Shown piece by piece: positions 19,033 through 30,400 of a stretch of 64,000 nt of DNA. Each line of letters opens with the position of its first letter. The stretch's first letter is position 1. The notes below the pieces were generated by a model. It did no database searches and was not told where the DNA came from. It worked only from the letters and a program-made list of their open reading frames with translations. A program made the translations under genes and the position numbers. The DNA is from Euryarchaeota archaeon UBA487 (GTDB lineage: Archaea > Thermoplasmatota > Poseidoniia > Poseidoniales > Thalassarchaeaceae), in assembly GCA_002505695.1 (NCBI GenBank), contig DAVU01000020.1, positions 97,107-161,106 of the forward strand. Direction: 5' to 3'.

Positions 19033-19908
19033 TTACTTCCAAGTCGGCAATAACACCGATTTCCAAGTGGGTTTCTTGGTGGGCCTGTCGTCTGTGAAAA
19101 ATGACCTAATATAAACAGAAATCGAGTCAATCACAAATACAACGATGAACACTAGTATCAGATATGCAATGACTTTGTCGTAGACCAGGAATCCAAGATA
19201 GAGGTCAATGTAATACCCTATTCCACCCGCTCCGACTATGCCTATGACTGATCCGTGACGAACGTTGTATTCGAACATGAAGATAGCCTGGGAAATCAAA
19301 TCATTCGCAGATTCTGGAATGACGATATTGATTGCTTTCTCGATTCTACCTAAGCCGGCAGCTTCAGCAGCTTCCAATGGGAGGCTATTCATACCCTCGA
19401 TTGCCTCATATTGAAGTTTTCCAAGATAACCCACGGTGTAAACAGTCATTGCAAAGATGCCGGATACTGGCCCAAAACCTATCAGAATAACGAAGAATAT
19501 TGCCCATATTATTGAAGGTAGGCTCCTCATTGATGCGAGTAGAAACCGCGTGGCGACCGAGAGTCCCGGTTTGCTTATGTTGTTTGCAGCCAACAAGGAA
19601 AGGGGCAGCGATATCACCATCCCGAAAACCGTTGATATGAAGGCGATTTTCAGAGTTTCCATCATACCAATCCATGCTGTCGAGCACGTTATTGATAGTC
19701 CTCCTGGTGCTTGACATTCAGGGTACAATCTAGGCTCAAAAATACTCCAATCCGGAGGCCATAGAGATTCGAAAAAGAAGATTCTCAGATTACCCAATCC
19801 GTTTGAAAGTCGCCCCCAGTCGTCAACGGATCCAATCATCAGGTATACTGCAAGGGAGAAACAGGAAAACAACACAAGTCCTGGATTGATACGAAGCATT
19901 GCCGTCAC
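19033..19908 (-). CDS. phnE: Phosphonate ABC transporter permease
   Basis: EAA-loop region ...EAIEGM..LEAAEAAG.., a conserved VGAGGIGY block, and 6 TM helices are present. Confidence 0.8.
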   Translation of the reverse strand: MTAMLRINPGLVLFSCFSLAVYLMIGSVDDWGRLSNGLGNLRIFFFESLWPPDWSIFEPRLYPECQAPGGLSITCSTAWIGMMETLKIAFISTVFGMVISLPLSLLAANNISKPGLSVATRFLLASMRSLPSIIWAIFFVILIGFGPVSGIFAMTVYTVGYLGKLQYEAIEGMNSLPLEAAEAAGLGRIEKAINIVIPESANDLISQAIFMFEYNVRHGSVIGIVGAGGIGYYIDLYLGFLVYDKVIAYLILVFIVVFVIDSISVYIRSFFTDDRPTKKPTWKSVLLPTWK

Positions 19909-20624
19909 ATCTTGACCTCCAAAGTTTTTGTTTCTGATAAGAATGGGTTTAGTCGTCCGTCGTCCATCACAACTAGTCTGTCTGCAATACTTCTCGCACG
20001 GCTAATGTCATGCTCAATCAATACTACTGCAGCCCCTTCCTGCCGAGAATACTCAACAACTGCATTTGCGACTTTAGACATTGTTTCCTCATCCAACTCA
20101 CTCAAGAACTCATCAGCAAGGATTAATTTTGGTCTTTGAGCGAGTGTTCTAGCTGTGGCGACCCTCCTTTGTTGACCCCCGGATAAACGTTTGATGGGTT
20201 CCCAGATCTTATGCTCCAGCCCCATTATGGCAATCGCTTTTTTGGCCCATTCTTTCGCTTGTTTAGAAGCGAAGATATCAAGCGGCCCGCAGAATTTTGC
20301 ACGGGAGCCAATCAATACATTGTGGAAGACGGTTGCATGGCGAATAAGTCCCAATCGTTGTGGTATGTACCCTAACTCCCCTCTCACAGGCCTTCGAGGT
20401 GCCATGACACCACATACCTCAATATCGCCAGACAGTGGTCTGACCAAGCCGGCGATTGTCTTCACCAGTGTTGACTTGCCGATTCCTGAGGGACCCGCGA
20501 TTGCTAAAATCTCACCGTTTTTTATTTTCAATGATGGAATTTCAGCCAATGGCTTGTTTTTGTCATAGCCGATAGTGACTCCATCCAAACGGACTACCAC
20601 ATCACCAGCTCCCGTGGTTGCCAT
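19905..20624 (-). CDS. phnC: Phosphonate ABC transporter ATP-binding protein
   Basis: Walker A GPSGIGKST, LSGGQQRRVATAR and ILADEF are present. There is a 4-nt overlap with phnE. Confidence 0.8.
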   Translation of the reverse strand: MATTGAGDVVVRLDGVTIGYDKNKPLAEIPSLKIKNGEILAIAGPSGIGKSTLVKTIAGLVRPLSGDIEVCGVMAPRRPVRGELGYIPQRLGLIRHATVFHNVLIGSRAKFCGPLDIFASKQAKEWAKKAIAIMGLEHKIWEPIKRLSGGQQRRVATARTLAQRPKLILADEFLSELDEETMSKVANAVVEYSRQEGAAVVLIEHDISRARSIADRLVVMDDGRLNPFLSETKTLEVKM

Positions 20625-20762
20625 TAATTTAGGCCCACCTAATCCTCTATTTGGATCTGGTGGGGATGGGGCCTAGTTTCATTCGTGCCAGAGTCCGGTT
20701 GACATGCATGCGTTCTGTTTCGTGAGACATAGAGTGAAGTGTGAGGGGGGACTTGCCTCATC

Positions 20763-22811
20763 ATGCGCAGAGGTCCTACGCTGGCAATCATTGCGATGTT
20801 GTTGCTCCTTGGAATAAATGGGGTTGGGGTTGAAAATCGTCCCAATCTGCAAGATGAATCGGTAGTAATGAGTCAATTTGGGGGTGGAACCTCCTTAGAA
20901 GCGCAGTGTTCGAAGAGTTCCTTTGAAGATGTTTTTACATACACATGGGCTGACTTTAACGTCACAGTTGCAGACAATTGGCGCACTGCACAGATAGAGG
21001 CATTAGCATGGATAAACGGAACCATGGCAGATGACTTTCGGGCATTTTTGGACGACCTACTTGACGGACTGATACCGAGTGGAGGGGATGGATGGCTATC
21101 ATCTGATGAGAGAGAAGCAGTTCGATCCGTGGCAGCAGATTGCGTGGAATACACAATGACAAGGGTAGGAGTCAGGGATGGGGAGCATCACCGAGGCGGT
21201 CCGGCAGTTGACTGGAGAAATGCCACATGGGTGGAAGATGGCGTTTCAATTGCTGAATGGAATATGGTCCCAGAACGGCACGAATCAGTCCGGTCATGCA
21301 GCACCTTCGGTAGCAACAATTGCTATGAGGTCCCTGTTGCGCCTAGTGAGTCCAGGGATTGCGACACTGAGGCAAATCATCTTGACGAGTGCAGAATTGA
21401 ACTAATGTTGAGTGGCACCGTGAATTTGCACAACATACAATCACTTGAGACCCTTACTCTGGCTATGAACACTTCAAACATTTCAAGAGCGACTTACACT
21501 ATTAACGCACCATATGTTGAGGGCATGCGGCTCTCAATGTTTGAAGAATGTGAGGGAAGGGATCTCCTCAACGGTGGCTCTCCAACTCCAATCAGAGGTT
21601 CTTGCATTGGTGACGGATCCTCTGTGGCTACCGCAGGGTATGACGAACAGGGGGGGATGGTTCTTACAATCATGCCAGACAGGCCAAGTTCATTCTGGCC
21701 CGCAGGAGAGGACTTATTCTTTGACTTGACAACCATCCAACCTCCAACAGATGAGAGTCCCATTTGGACCTCAACTGCGCCGGCTAATGGCACTACATGG
21801 ATTTACAGCTCTGTGGCATCGACTTTGGAGTCCACCAGAGTTTTAGTCGCGGAATGGAACGAAATCGCGGGTTGGTTCTCTGACGAAGATGCGGTGTCAT
21901 CCCTAGATTTGATTTGCCTGGAGGAGGGGTCCAACACCAATCTTGTGACAGATTCCAGGGCGATTGTGGTATCAATGGGGTTTGACTACGATTACAACGT
22001 TATTTCGTGCTCAGCGGAAGATGAATCCGGCCAATCTACATCTACTCGCGATTTTCACATCAAGAAGGGATTCTCGGTGAACACCCAGTCTAATTCCCTT
22101 GATATTCTAGATGACCTGAGATTAATCTTGAATGAGATAGACACAGTAAACCCATCAGACGGAGAGTTCCTCCAGGTGAGTCTTTCCATAGGCATAGAGT
22201 GGTCTGGCAGTGGTCCGGTATTCTACGACGAGACTATCGTATTGAACTCCTCAGACTCTGTCACAGAATTGATGTTTACCGGGGATGCCAGAATAGCAAA
22301 CCCCGGCCCCCTCAGTGTCTGGTTCAAATATTCAGGAGAGGGGGTTTATGAGCGCTCAGAGAGGAGTGAAATCCTCCTTCAAAAGATTGGTTCCCCTCCA
22401 ATTTTGTCAATCCTTGAGACTAAATGGACCGGGACGGAATGGGAGATGAATGGAATGTTCAGCGATCCGGATGGAGAATATGTGACATTTACAATGTACA
22501 TTGACGGCGCAAATATTGGAACCGTTCAATCATTTGGTAACACATGGTCGGTTGGACCCATAGACTTCAGATTGTTTGACGTCGGCCCCCATACAGTTTC
22601 CGTTCGTGGATGCGATACATCAGGAATGTGCGCAATTGCTGAAAGTAGCCTTAATTCCACCTCAGCATTGACATCTGTTGGTCCAGAAGAGATGCCCAAG
22701 AAAGGAGATGATGACGGCGTGGGGTTTGTTCCCTTCCCAATTTATTCCTCCTCGATAGGTATTCTTGCTGCTGCATTCATGTATGGAAGGGGTCACCGAG
22801 GGGCACCATGA
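20763..22811 (+). CDS. Secreted Cys-containing protein with signal peptide and C-terminal TM anchor (682 aa), function unknown
   Basis: N-terminal TLAIIAMLLLLGINGVGV and C-terminal IGILAAAFMYGRGHRG flank the protein, and there is no recognisable catalytic motif. Confidence 0.6.
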   Translation: MRRGPTLAIIAMLLLLGINGVGVENRPNLQDESVVMSQFGGGTSLEAQCSKSSFEDVFTYTWADFNVTVADNWRTAQIEALAWINGTMADDFRAFLDDLLDGLIPSGGDGWLSSDEREAVRSVAADCVEYTMTRVGVRDGEHHRGGPAVDWRNATWVEDGVSIAEWNMVPERHESVRSCSTFGSNNCYEVPVAPSESRDCDTEANHLDECRIELMLSGTVNLHNIQSLETLTLAMNTSNISRATYTINAPYVEGMRLSMFEECEGRDLLNGGSPTPIRGSCIGDGSSVATAGYDEQGGMVLTIMPDRPSSFWPAGEDLFFDLTTIQPPTDESPIWTSTAPANGTTWIYSSVASTLESTRVLVAEWNEIAGWFSDEDAVSSLDLICLEEGSNTNLVTDSRAIVVSMGFDYDYNVISCSAEDESGQSTSTRDFHIKKGFSVNTQSNSLDILDDLRLILNEIDTVNPSDGEFLQVSLSIGIEWSGSGPVFYDETIVLNSSDSVTELMFTGDARIANPGPLSVWFKYSGEGVYERSERSEILLQKIGSPPILSILETKWTGTEWEMNGMFSDPDGEYVTFTMYIDGANIGTVQSFGNTWSVGPIDFRLFDVGPHTVSVRGCDTSGMCAIAESSLNSTSALTSVGPEEMPKKGDDDGVGFVPFPIYSSSIGILAAAFMYGRGHRGAP

Positions 22812-23425
22812 CCGTCAGAGGCCGCATAGTTTCAATGTCCCATCTCGGTGGCCTGTTGGTCGATTTTGAGGGAGTGCCTCCAGGTTTGGGTTGGACGGTG
22901 CAAATCGAGGGGGGCCAGAATATTGGACGTGTTGATTCTGTGATCGGGAGCGTCAATTCCGGATTGATTCACGTCGTTCTATCGAAAAGGATAGACCCTG
23001 CTTCAGCGACGGGTGCGCCTGTAGAGATCTTTAGATCCTCAAATAGAAAAGGCCAATTTGGGAATCAGGGCAAGGGTGGCTCCAGAAATCGCAATTCCAA
23101 GGTGGCAAGAAAAACTAGTCAGAGAAAAAATGGAACAACGAATAGGGTCCTCCCAACATGGGTTTGCAACAAATGCAGGACCTTGAACTCCAGAACAGGG
23201 AGATGTACGAATTGTAACGAGAGGCGGTCGGAAACCAATAAACCAAACCAGAACCGTGGTTCCGATAGAGGAAGGAAAGGCAGACAATCTGGATACAAGA
23301 AGGATGGCAGGAGATCTAATCCCAGACATAACAGGCGCTCACCAGGGGGAAAGAAAACACAAAGGAGCTCATACAATCAGCCAGATAGGGGAAGGAAGAG
23401 AACTCGCAGGAAACCTCAGAGATAG
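22808..23425 (+). CDS. H/ACA RNP Gar1-like protein with C-terminal RanBP2-type zinc finger and Arg/Gly-rich basic tail
   Basis: The N-terminus (RGRIVSMSHLGGLLVDFEGVPP..IGRVDSVIGSVNSGLIHVVLSK) fits the Gar1 beta-barrel consensus. WVCNKCRTLNSRTGRCTNC matches W-x-C-x2-C-x3-N-x5-C-x2-C. The tail is rich in R, G, K and N. Confidence 0.5.
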   Translation: MTVRGRIVSMSHLGGLLVDFEGVPPGLGWTVQIEGGQNIGRVDSVIGSVNSGLIHVVLSKRIDPASATGAPVEIFRSSNRKGQFGNQGKGGSRNRNSKVARKTSQRKNGTTNRVLPTWVCNKCRTLNSRTGRCTNCNERRSETNKPNQNRGSDRGRKGRQSGYKKDGRRSNPRHNRRSPGGKKTQRSSYNQPDRGRKRTRRKPQR

Positions 23426-23460
23426 GAGCATTCATTGTATGTGCTTGTCTCCGCGGGACG

Positions 23461-24444
23461 ATGGCTGACACAGAGCATAACTCGGAATGGATTTCCGAAG
23501 TCAGGAACAATGAGTCTCGAGAGGATTCTCTCCGGATAATTGAAAACGCACTTGAAAAAGACTCTGATAACGCTCTACTCTGGGTCGAGGCGGCAGACCT
23601 CAATTTACCCCCCAGAAGCCGTGGTAAGCCGATTGATCCAACTCTCTCTCAGTCCGCGAATGCCCTGAGATGTCTCAGATCGGCGGTTGAATGCGATCCT
23701 TCCATGGATGAGGCATGGGCATTAGGGGGCCTGATACTTGTTGATCACCTTGGAATGTTGGAAGACGCCCTAGAATGGTGGTCGAATTACAGGGACGTGA
23801 ATCCAGAATCACCGGTTCCGCTTATTGAGCAAGCCTCAATTTTAGCCAGATACGGCGATTACGATAAGGCATCGCAAGTTTCCGATCAGATATTATTGCT
23901 TGAAGGGGCATCACTGTCCACTTCACAAAGGAGGAGGTTGGAGGACATCCGAAGAAGTTTGCATGATGCAATGAAGAAAAAGAAGGGTCAAATTTTCAGA
24001 CCACAGGACCCTAACGATCAAAGGTGGGGGAAGATAAGTAAATTTCGAAATCAGAAACCCGTCACTCAAACGTATTTTCTGTTTTTCATTATCGCGCCAT
24101 TCGTCTTCATGATAGGTTTCGTCTCCTCTGCATCCCTCTCGTCCTATGGTGCAGGTGGACAGGTTGCCACATTCATGACTATACTCATCGCATTCTATAC
24201 ACTGACTCGTGCCTCAGAACCACTCTTCAGATGGATGAACCGAAATGCAACCGATCTTGATCGGGCTCTTGACATTGAGATGGCATCAGGCAAGACTTGC
24301 ATTCCTGAGGATATTAGGAGCGGTAGGCTCCACAAGAAGATGTTGACCTATCGTCCACCCGCATGGCTTGAGCGACACGAGAAAATCGTTGCCGGAGGAC
24401 AACGGATTTCCCGTAAGTGGTCAACAGAGTTCAAACCTAATTGA
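23461..24444 (+). CDS. TPR-like repeat protein with C-terminal membrane segment
   Basis: Helical repeat-like N-terminal half, with hydrophobic helices (YFLFFIIAPFVFMIGFV, VATFMTILIAFYTL) in the C-terminal half. Confidence 0.45.
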   Translation: MADTEHNSEWISEVRNNESREDSLRIIENALEKDSDNALLWVEAADLNLPPRSRGKPIDPTLSQSANALRCLRSAVECDPSMDEAWALGGLILVDHLGMLEDALEWWSNYRDVNPESPVPLIEQASILARYGDYDKASQVSDQILLLEGASLSTSQRRRLEDIRRSLHDAMKKKKGQIFRPQDPNDQRWGKISKFRNQKPVTQTYFLFFIIAPFVFMIGFVSSASLSSYGAGGQVATFMTILIAFYTLTRASEPLFRWMNRNATDLDRALDIEMASGKTCIPEDIRSGRLHKKMLTYRPPAWLERHEKIVAGGQRISRKWSTEFKPN

Positions 24445-24449
24445 AGTCT

Positions 24450-27400
24450 TCACTTCTTGTTAAGATTCGCGTAGTAGTCCTGTGCATATTGCCTTGCATA
24501 GTCTTCAGGATACCCCTGGCCTACCATCTGCTGTACGTATGCCTCCACTGGATCCAGATCCTGGACTCCTTGGAAGGATCGTATCTCGTCACTAACTGTG
24601 GTTCTCGTCCTACCCCTCATGGCTAGTGTTACCCCTGCGATCGCGAGAACCAGAAGTAAACCCCCGACTACTGGGATAACAAGGCCGATACCTTGAGCGC
24701 CTGAATCGCAACCTGCAGCTGAGGGATCTCTGACGCACGGATCGCTGCTACGCTTGAGGAGGTATATGTCCTCACTCGTACTTATTGTGTACCTTTGTCC
24801 ATCTCCTTCGATTACCCGAATATGCACCGTAGAGAGTACCCCCTCACTCTCTGAGTACAGGTCGGAGATATCGAGGGTTATCGAGAAGGTAGAGCCATCT
24901 CCCAGCAAACCTGTTTCGTTGTACTTGCCAATTTGCTTCTGAGTAGCCTTTGGAGTTGGCGACAGATCAAGGATCATAGGATCTGCTAAGGCAACTTGTA
25001 TCCTGACATCGGAATTCTCCGCTCCAGAGGCGACAGTTCCGCTGATTGTGACTCGATCTGCTGTCTGGGAGTCATTCGGCTTGGGGGAACTGAAGGTCAC
25101 GACCGGAGGTTCGTCTCCGAAATCCTCTCCGACCACTACGAAGTACATCCTTGCTTTTGAGGAGGACTTCCCTGCTTTGTCGTACACAATTAATTCAAGC
25201 CTTATCTGATTCTCGAGCGTACCATCGCTGGTGACGTTCCTAAAGGTGTAGCTAAAGGAGTCCCCGCCGGCAGTCGCGGGTATGTCGAAAACATGGCCAT
25301 CTAGGCTGGGTTGGGATGTGACTGGATAGTCGAAATAGACCCTCCACGAGTACAACTGTATGCCGCTTTCTCCCTCCGGAGCGTCGGCATCGTTGCTTTC
25401 CGCCCCTGAGAATGACAGGGTTATGTCGCCAGTTGGGGTTAGTCTAACCCTGTGCACATCCCAATCTGTGCCAGCTACGGTCTTGGTTCCGTCGTCTTCA
25501 ACATACTCATCGGTCAACGAGTCCTCGACGAGTTTCATAGATGCAGTTGGATCAGACTCATCGGCGAGAGTATCGTTTGTAATGAGGCGTACATAGGTCA
25601 TTCTAGTGTGGCCTTCAGCATCGTGTAGGTACAGCGTCAAAAGCCATTCAGCACCGATGAAGCAACCAGTTGAGGACAGCGTGCTCTCTACGCAGAATGA
25701 TCCCAATGTGGGTATCTCCGCGGAGGACTGTGAGACGTGTGAAAATTCGCCTGGATCCACTATTTCACTGTTCCAACCAGTCACGGCGTCTTCGCCACCA
25801 GGCTCTAAGGTCCAGTCTGCGATCAAATCACTCGCATCCGAGACATAACTGAACTGTAGTTCTGAATTGGATTTGATGTAGACCGTGTTGTAGGCCTTGG
25901 TGACCGTATTGATCGAAGGAGAGACTCCGTTTATTGTCAGGTCAAATGTGTCGCCTGCAATTCCGAAGTCAAATGGATATGGGGTCACAGAGTAGCCAAG
26001 CATGTTCGATAGCAAGGGCATGGTCTGGCCTCCGTAAGGCTCGGAAAAGCTGGGGTTCTCGACATCCATTGTCGTGACTATCATTCCACCATTGCCTCTG
26101 TTGCAGAGGCTCAATAGGGACTGTGAGCCGTATTCTACGCTACCTAGCAGGCTGTGGAAGGTGCCCAATGGATCGGATATCCTGCCACCACAAGCAGCGG
26201 GAACTTGATTAGGGAGGACCTGTGAAATGTCTAGGCCCGACATAGCAACATATTGTCCACCGTGGACCCCTTGCAACGCAGTCAGGTCGACTCCACCGAG
26301 GAGTGGGTGATATCTGTCGATCACTCGAACATCATCATAGTCGAATCTAATTGATGAGTTGGCTGGATTCCTCTCTTGAATGTCCATCCCAAATGGCAGA
26401 TTATCAGGCACGTAATCGTTCCTGTATGGGCCTAAGTGGACTTGGAGTGTGCCACCGTTGACCATGAAATTATCTAGAACGTCTATCACTGAGAGTCCAC
26501 TGGCTCTTACCTCGCTAAGCTTTTGGTAATAATCTCCGTATGCGGCATTGTAATCCGTCTGCCACGGGAGTAGTACCTTGTGGTAGACTCCTGTCCAATC
26601 CTCGGTGACATAGTCTTCCCACTCACTGGTTCGGAACTGAGTGTAGGTCATCCCCATTGCTTCCAAGTCAGATTTAACTCTCTGGAGGCGGTTTTGGTCG
26701 GTTGGATTGGAAAGTATTGCTACATCAATATCGTCCATGAAGGTGATGTCAAAGTATCTCTTGTTTCCATTTTCTGAGTCATCCGAGACTAACTTCGCAT
26801 CCCAGCTCAGATTGTATGCCCTTCCTGACTCCCAAGAATTGAACATTCCAGTCGAACCTACCTGTGCATTGCTTCCGAGTGTCCAATTCGCGAAGGCTCG
26901 CTGATGAGGAACCAAATCGAATGGCCCGTTGTCCGAAGTTGCTTGCCAGACCATTTGGCCAGTGGTTGTGTCGACGATTGACATGGTCACCTCGTAAACA
27001 CCCTCAATCACACCATTGAGTATCGGCAAAGAGAATGTGTGTGCTGATGTCGGACTGATCGGATAAACGCACTCATAGGTCACATCTCCAACGCAGTCCA
27101 GAACATTGGGCTGCAGGAGGGTGATTTCTGCGCTGTCTATGCTGAACTGGACCTTGGAGAAATTGTTGCTTGGATTAACCTCCTCTGCATTGTACCATTT
27201 CTGTGTTGGATCGTTGTTGTCGAAAATCGTTCGTACGTCGATTCTGTACAACCCAGAGTCAAAGTCGTGAGTTCCGAGGTTCACGACTTGACTCTCTTGG
27301 GAGTCGAGGCCATTGACCTCCACGCTGTAGTTACCGTCATCTTCGAATGTGAATTCCTCAAATCGAATATTGTCGATTGCAAAGCCGGCCAAACCTGCGT

Positions 27401-30400
27401 TTCCATTTATCCCATCTCCGTTCGAGATAAATCTCCATGTGAGTGTGACTTCCGAACCTTCTAGCGAAGTACATTCATCCCTCCACTGGAATGCTTCATC
27501 GGATGTCCTGTTCTCTAGGATGATGTGCGTGAGATCCAGCACGACCGACTTCACGATTTGCTCCGAGTCAAACCAAGTGTAGTATCCCCGATCTCCGAAG
27601 TCTCCAAAGTACTCAGCTTCATCATAATTACCGTCGTTGTCGAAGTCTTCACAGGCATGGAACTGGGGGTCTTCAGGGTTCGTCCGCTGGATGCCATTTT
27701 CGTTGAGATCTACCCATGATCCTTGGACAAGCCCGTTGTATGATTGGCCTTGTTTCGTCCATTCTATGAACAATGCGGCTTGGTCCCTGACTGTCTGAAT
27801 ATTGCCAAATTGATCTACAAGGTAGTCTCCCTCTGCGTAGTAGTCCCAGGATACGTAGGAATAGTCAGAATCTGTTTGGCCGACTCCTACTGGCCCTACA
27901 GACATTGGTTCGTTCCAATCGTCGCCGTAACCCACATCCGGATCACCTAGCCAATATGCGTAGTTCTTGAAAACGCCTTGATTTTGGGGTAAGACTTGGT
28001 TCGAAGTTGTGGAATCATCCAGTCTTGATCCGTTTTCGTTACCATCATCGGACCAGATTGGATTGATTCCCGAGAAGTCCTCAATTGCCGTAAGATCGGG
28101 TAATGCGTTGAATATTTCTGCTTCGGTAGTCCAATTTGTAATGGTGTTTCCAAAGTTCTGAACCATGATTTCGATAGGGTACTCAGCAGATGCGTAGCGG
28201 ACGCCTGGTTCGAAGTCGACGAAAGGATCTGCCGCCAAACCAGGGTCATAGAGATTCTTGACAGTGGTCTGGAATTTCAAAGCATCATTGATGGGATCCT
28301 GATCTACGAATCCGTTGAAATTGGTCAAGCCAGCGCTAATGTAGTAGGTCGTGTTATCTAAGAAGTCTGCAGACAGAGTGATTTCCCTCTCTTCACCTGC
28401 TGCAAGAGGCTGGAAGCTCACTTGTTGCGAGATTGATTGTTCTTGGCCAAATATCGTGTTCCTCTTTATGATAGAAATGTTGTCGAATGCGAAACCATCA
28501 AGCCCGGTGTCATACGAGGTGTCCGTTGTCCCCACAGAGCCGTAAAGGCCGCTCCTGAATCTGAACCTAAGGTCAATCACCTCCCCAGCATAGGGAGTTA
28601 GATCAATGGCTTCTACTGTGTTGACGTCCTCATCCTCGTCACCGCCCTCTGTGTAGTTGGTCCATTCCGTGACATATTGCGGATATATGGCGAAGTTCTT
28701 TATTTCCAACTCTGGATCTTGATTCAGTTGAAGGATGTTGAAGTATCGGTCTAAATCATATCCGCCCTGGAACCAGACACTCTCCCATCCCCGCCCTTCA
28801 GAGAAGGCCTCGATGCCGCACGAATCCTCATACAGCCATCTCTCCTGCACAACATACGGCTCTGAAAGGAAGAGGTTCGTGAATGCCACGCTGCACAATA
28901 TTGAGACGTCAAGGAAGGCCGCATCGGCCCCAGTTAGATCAACGTCCTCCAGGATGAAGGCCTCATCCATGTTGTTGAAGTAGCCTGAGTTGTTCTCAGC
29001 AGTACCATTGTAGTCGAGTCCTGCCCACATGTAGGTTGTTGGATTGTGGTCAGCCTCGTAGGTGGATACGTTTTCAGTCGATGCAGTTGAACCCGTCTCA
29101 GCGTGCCAAGATGTCCCGGGGGCGAAGTCAGACGTGTATGACGCCCCTGTCCAAGTACAACCGGCGCAGTTTGTTGTGTCTTCATTTCCATCGAAATCGT
29201 TGGAATACACCAATGTGTCCACTCCGCCAACAACTTCTTTCACCGCGAGGTCGAGATCCACTGATCCACTAACCGGGTTGAGGCCCGTGTTCATCAGAGT
29301 GACATTGACGAATCTCGTACCTTCGCCAAGTTGTGCATTTCCAGTGGCGGGGTCTGTAGAAGCGGGTGCGATTGTCAATCCATCAATTGCGACATCTTGG
29401 TTATCAAGGGTAAGGACAGACAGGAAATCTCCTGCTCCGGGCCACCCAAGGCTGTCCATCCACATGGCTCCGCTCCCGAATCGGTAGGAGTAGTCTCTCT
29501 GCCCAATTATGATCTCCTGGGCGGTTGTGTCATCTCCTTTGAGTTGTGCTGGAGCGGCAACCGTGGGCCTTCTACCTACGTCGAAAGAAATCGGAGAGAG
29601 GTATCCAGTCCCCTGGCCATTGGAAAGGATGATCTCCACGCTGTTCAGTTCTCTGAGGTTCTCAACGGTCGTGTATGTTTGGTTCCTCGAGGATGAGTCC
29701 TGTAGCCGAGTTAGTGTCAGTTCCGTCGGTATGAAGAAATCCATGTTTCCATCGCCATTGACGTCTGAGATCGTGATCGAGGCGCCCTTGTAGTTTCCTA
29801 AGTTGATGTAATTCCTGGTGTCCCAATTTGATCCAACTGAGGATCGCGTCGCATAGCTTATTCTCCCTTCTATTCCGTCAACTGCAGCGACCATGTCGAC
29901 GATTCCGTCGCCGTCTGTGTCCTCCACATCGATCTCAAGCTCATATCCATGCTCAGCATCCAGGGTAAAATCGTGGATAGAAGCGGCTGCAGATCCTCCA
30001 ACGTTCGGGTCAGCATACAAGCCGGTGACGCAATCGAATTCTATTACGGTCATGTTGTCGTAGTTGCCCACGGAGTAACCGGCTCCGGGGTTGAACCTCG
30101 GAGTCCTCAAGACCCATAAATCGAGGTCTTCGCATTCACCGGGGAGAGTTTGTCCTGTGAAGGGGTCTTCTGCCAGATCCTCCCCCCATTGACCCAACTC
30201 AATGTAGCTGTAATGGCCATAAGTCGGAGCGGGGATGAGGATCGTTTGATCTGCTTGCGGGCCTGGATCTGGGCCCTTGAATACTTCTAGGTAAGTCTGG
30301 CCACCGTCTGGGGTCAGGGTTGCAAGAACGATGTCATCATCACCATCATCGTCTATGTCACCAATATCCATGCCTTGGCTAAATGGGTGAGAAGGGATTT

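Noticed and set aside
20639-20876. 65-68 aa minus-strand ORFs in the phnC upstream region
   Set aside because: They lie in the divergent promoter region and overlap the signal-peptide coding region of the 20763 gene, with no motifs.
24754-29793. Many 60-140 aa ORFs on the plus strand inside 24450-30947
   Set aside because: They are antisense to a continuous 2165-aa ORF with clear repeat and domain content. They are frame shadows with no independent support.
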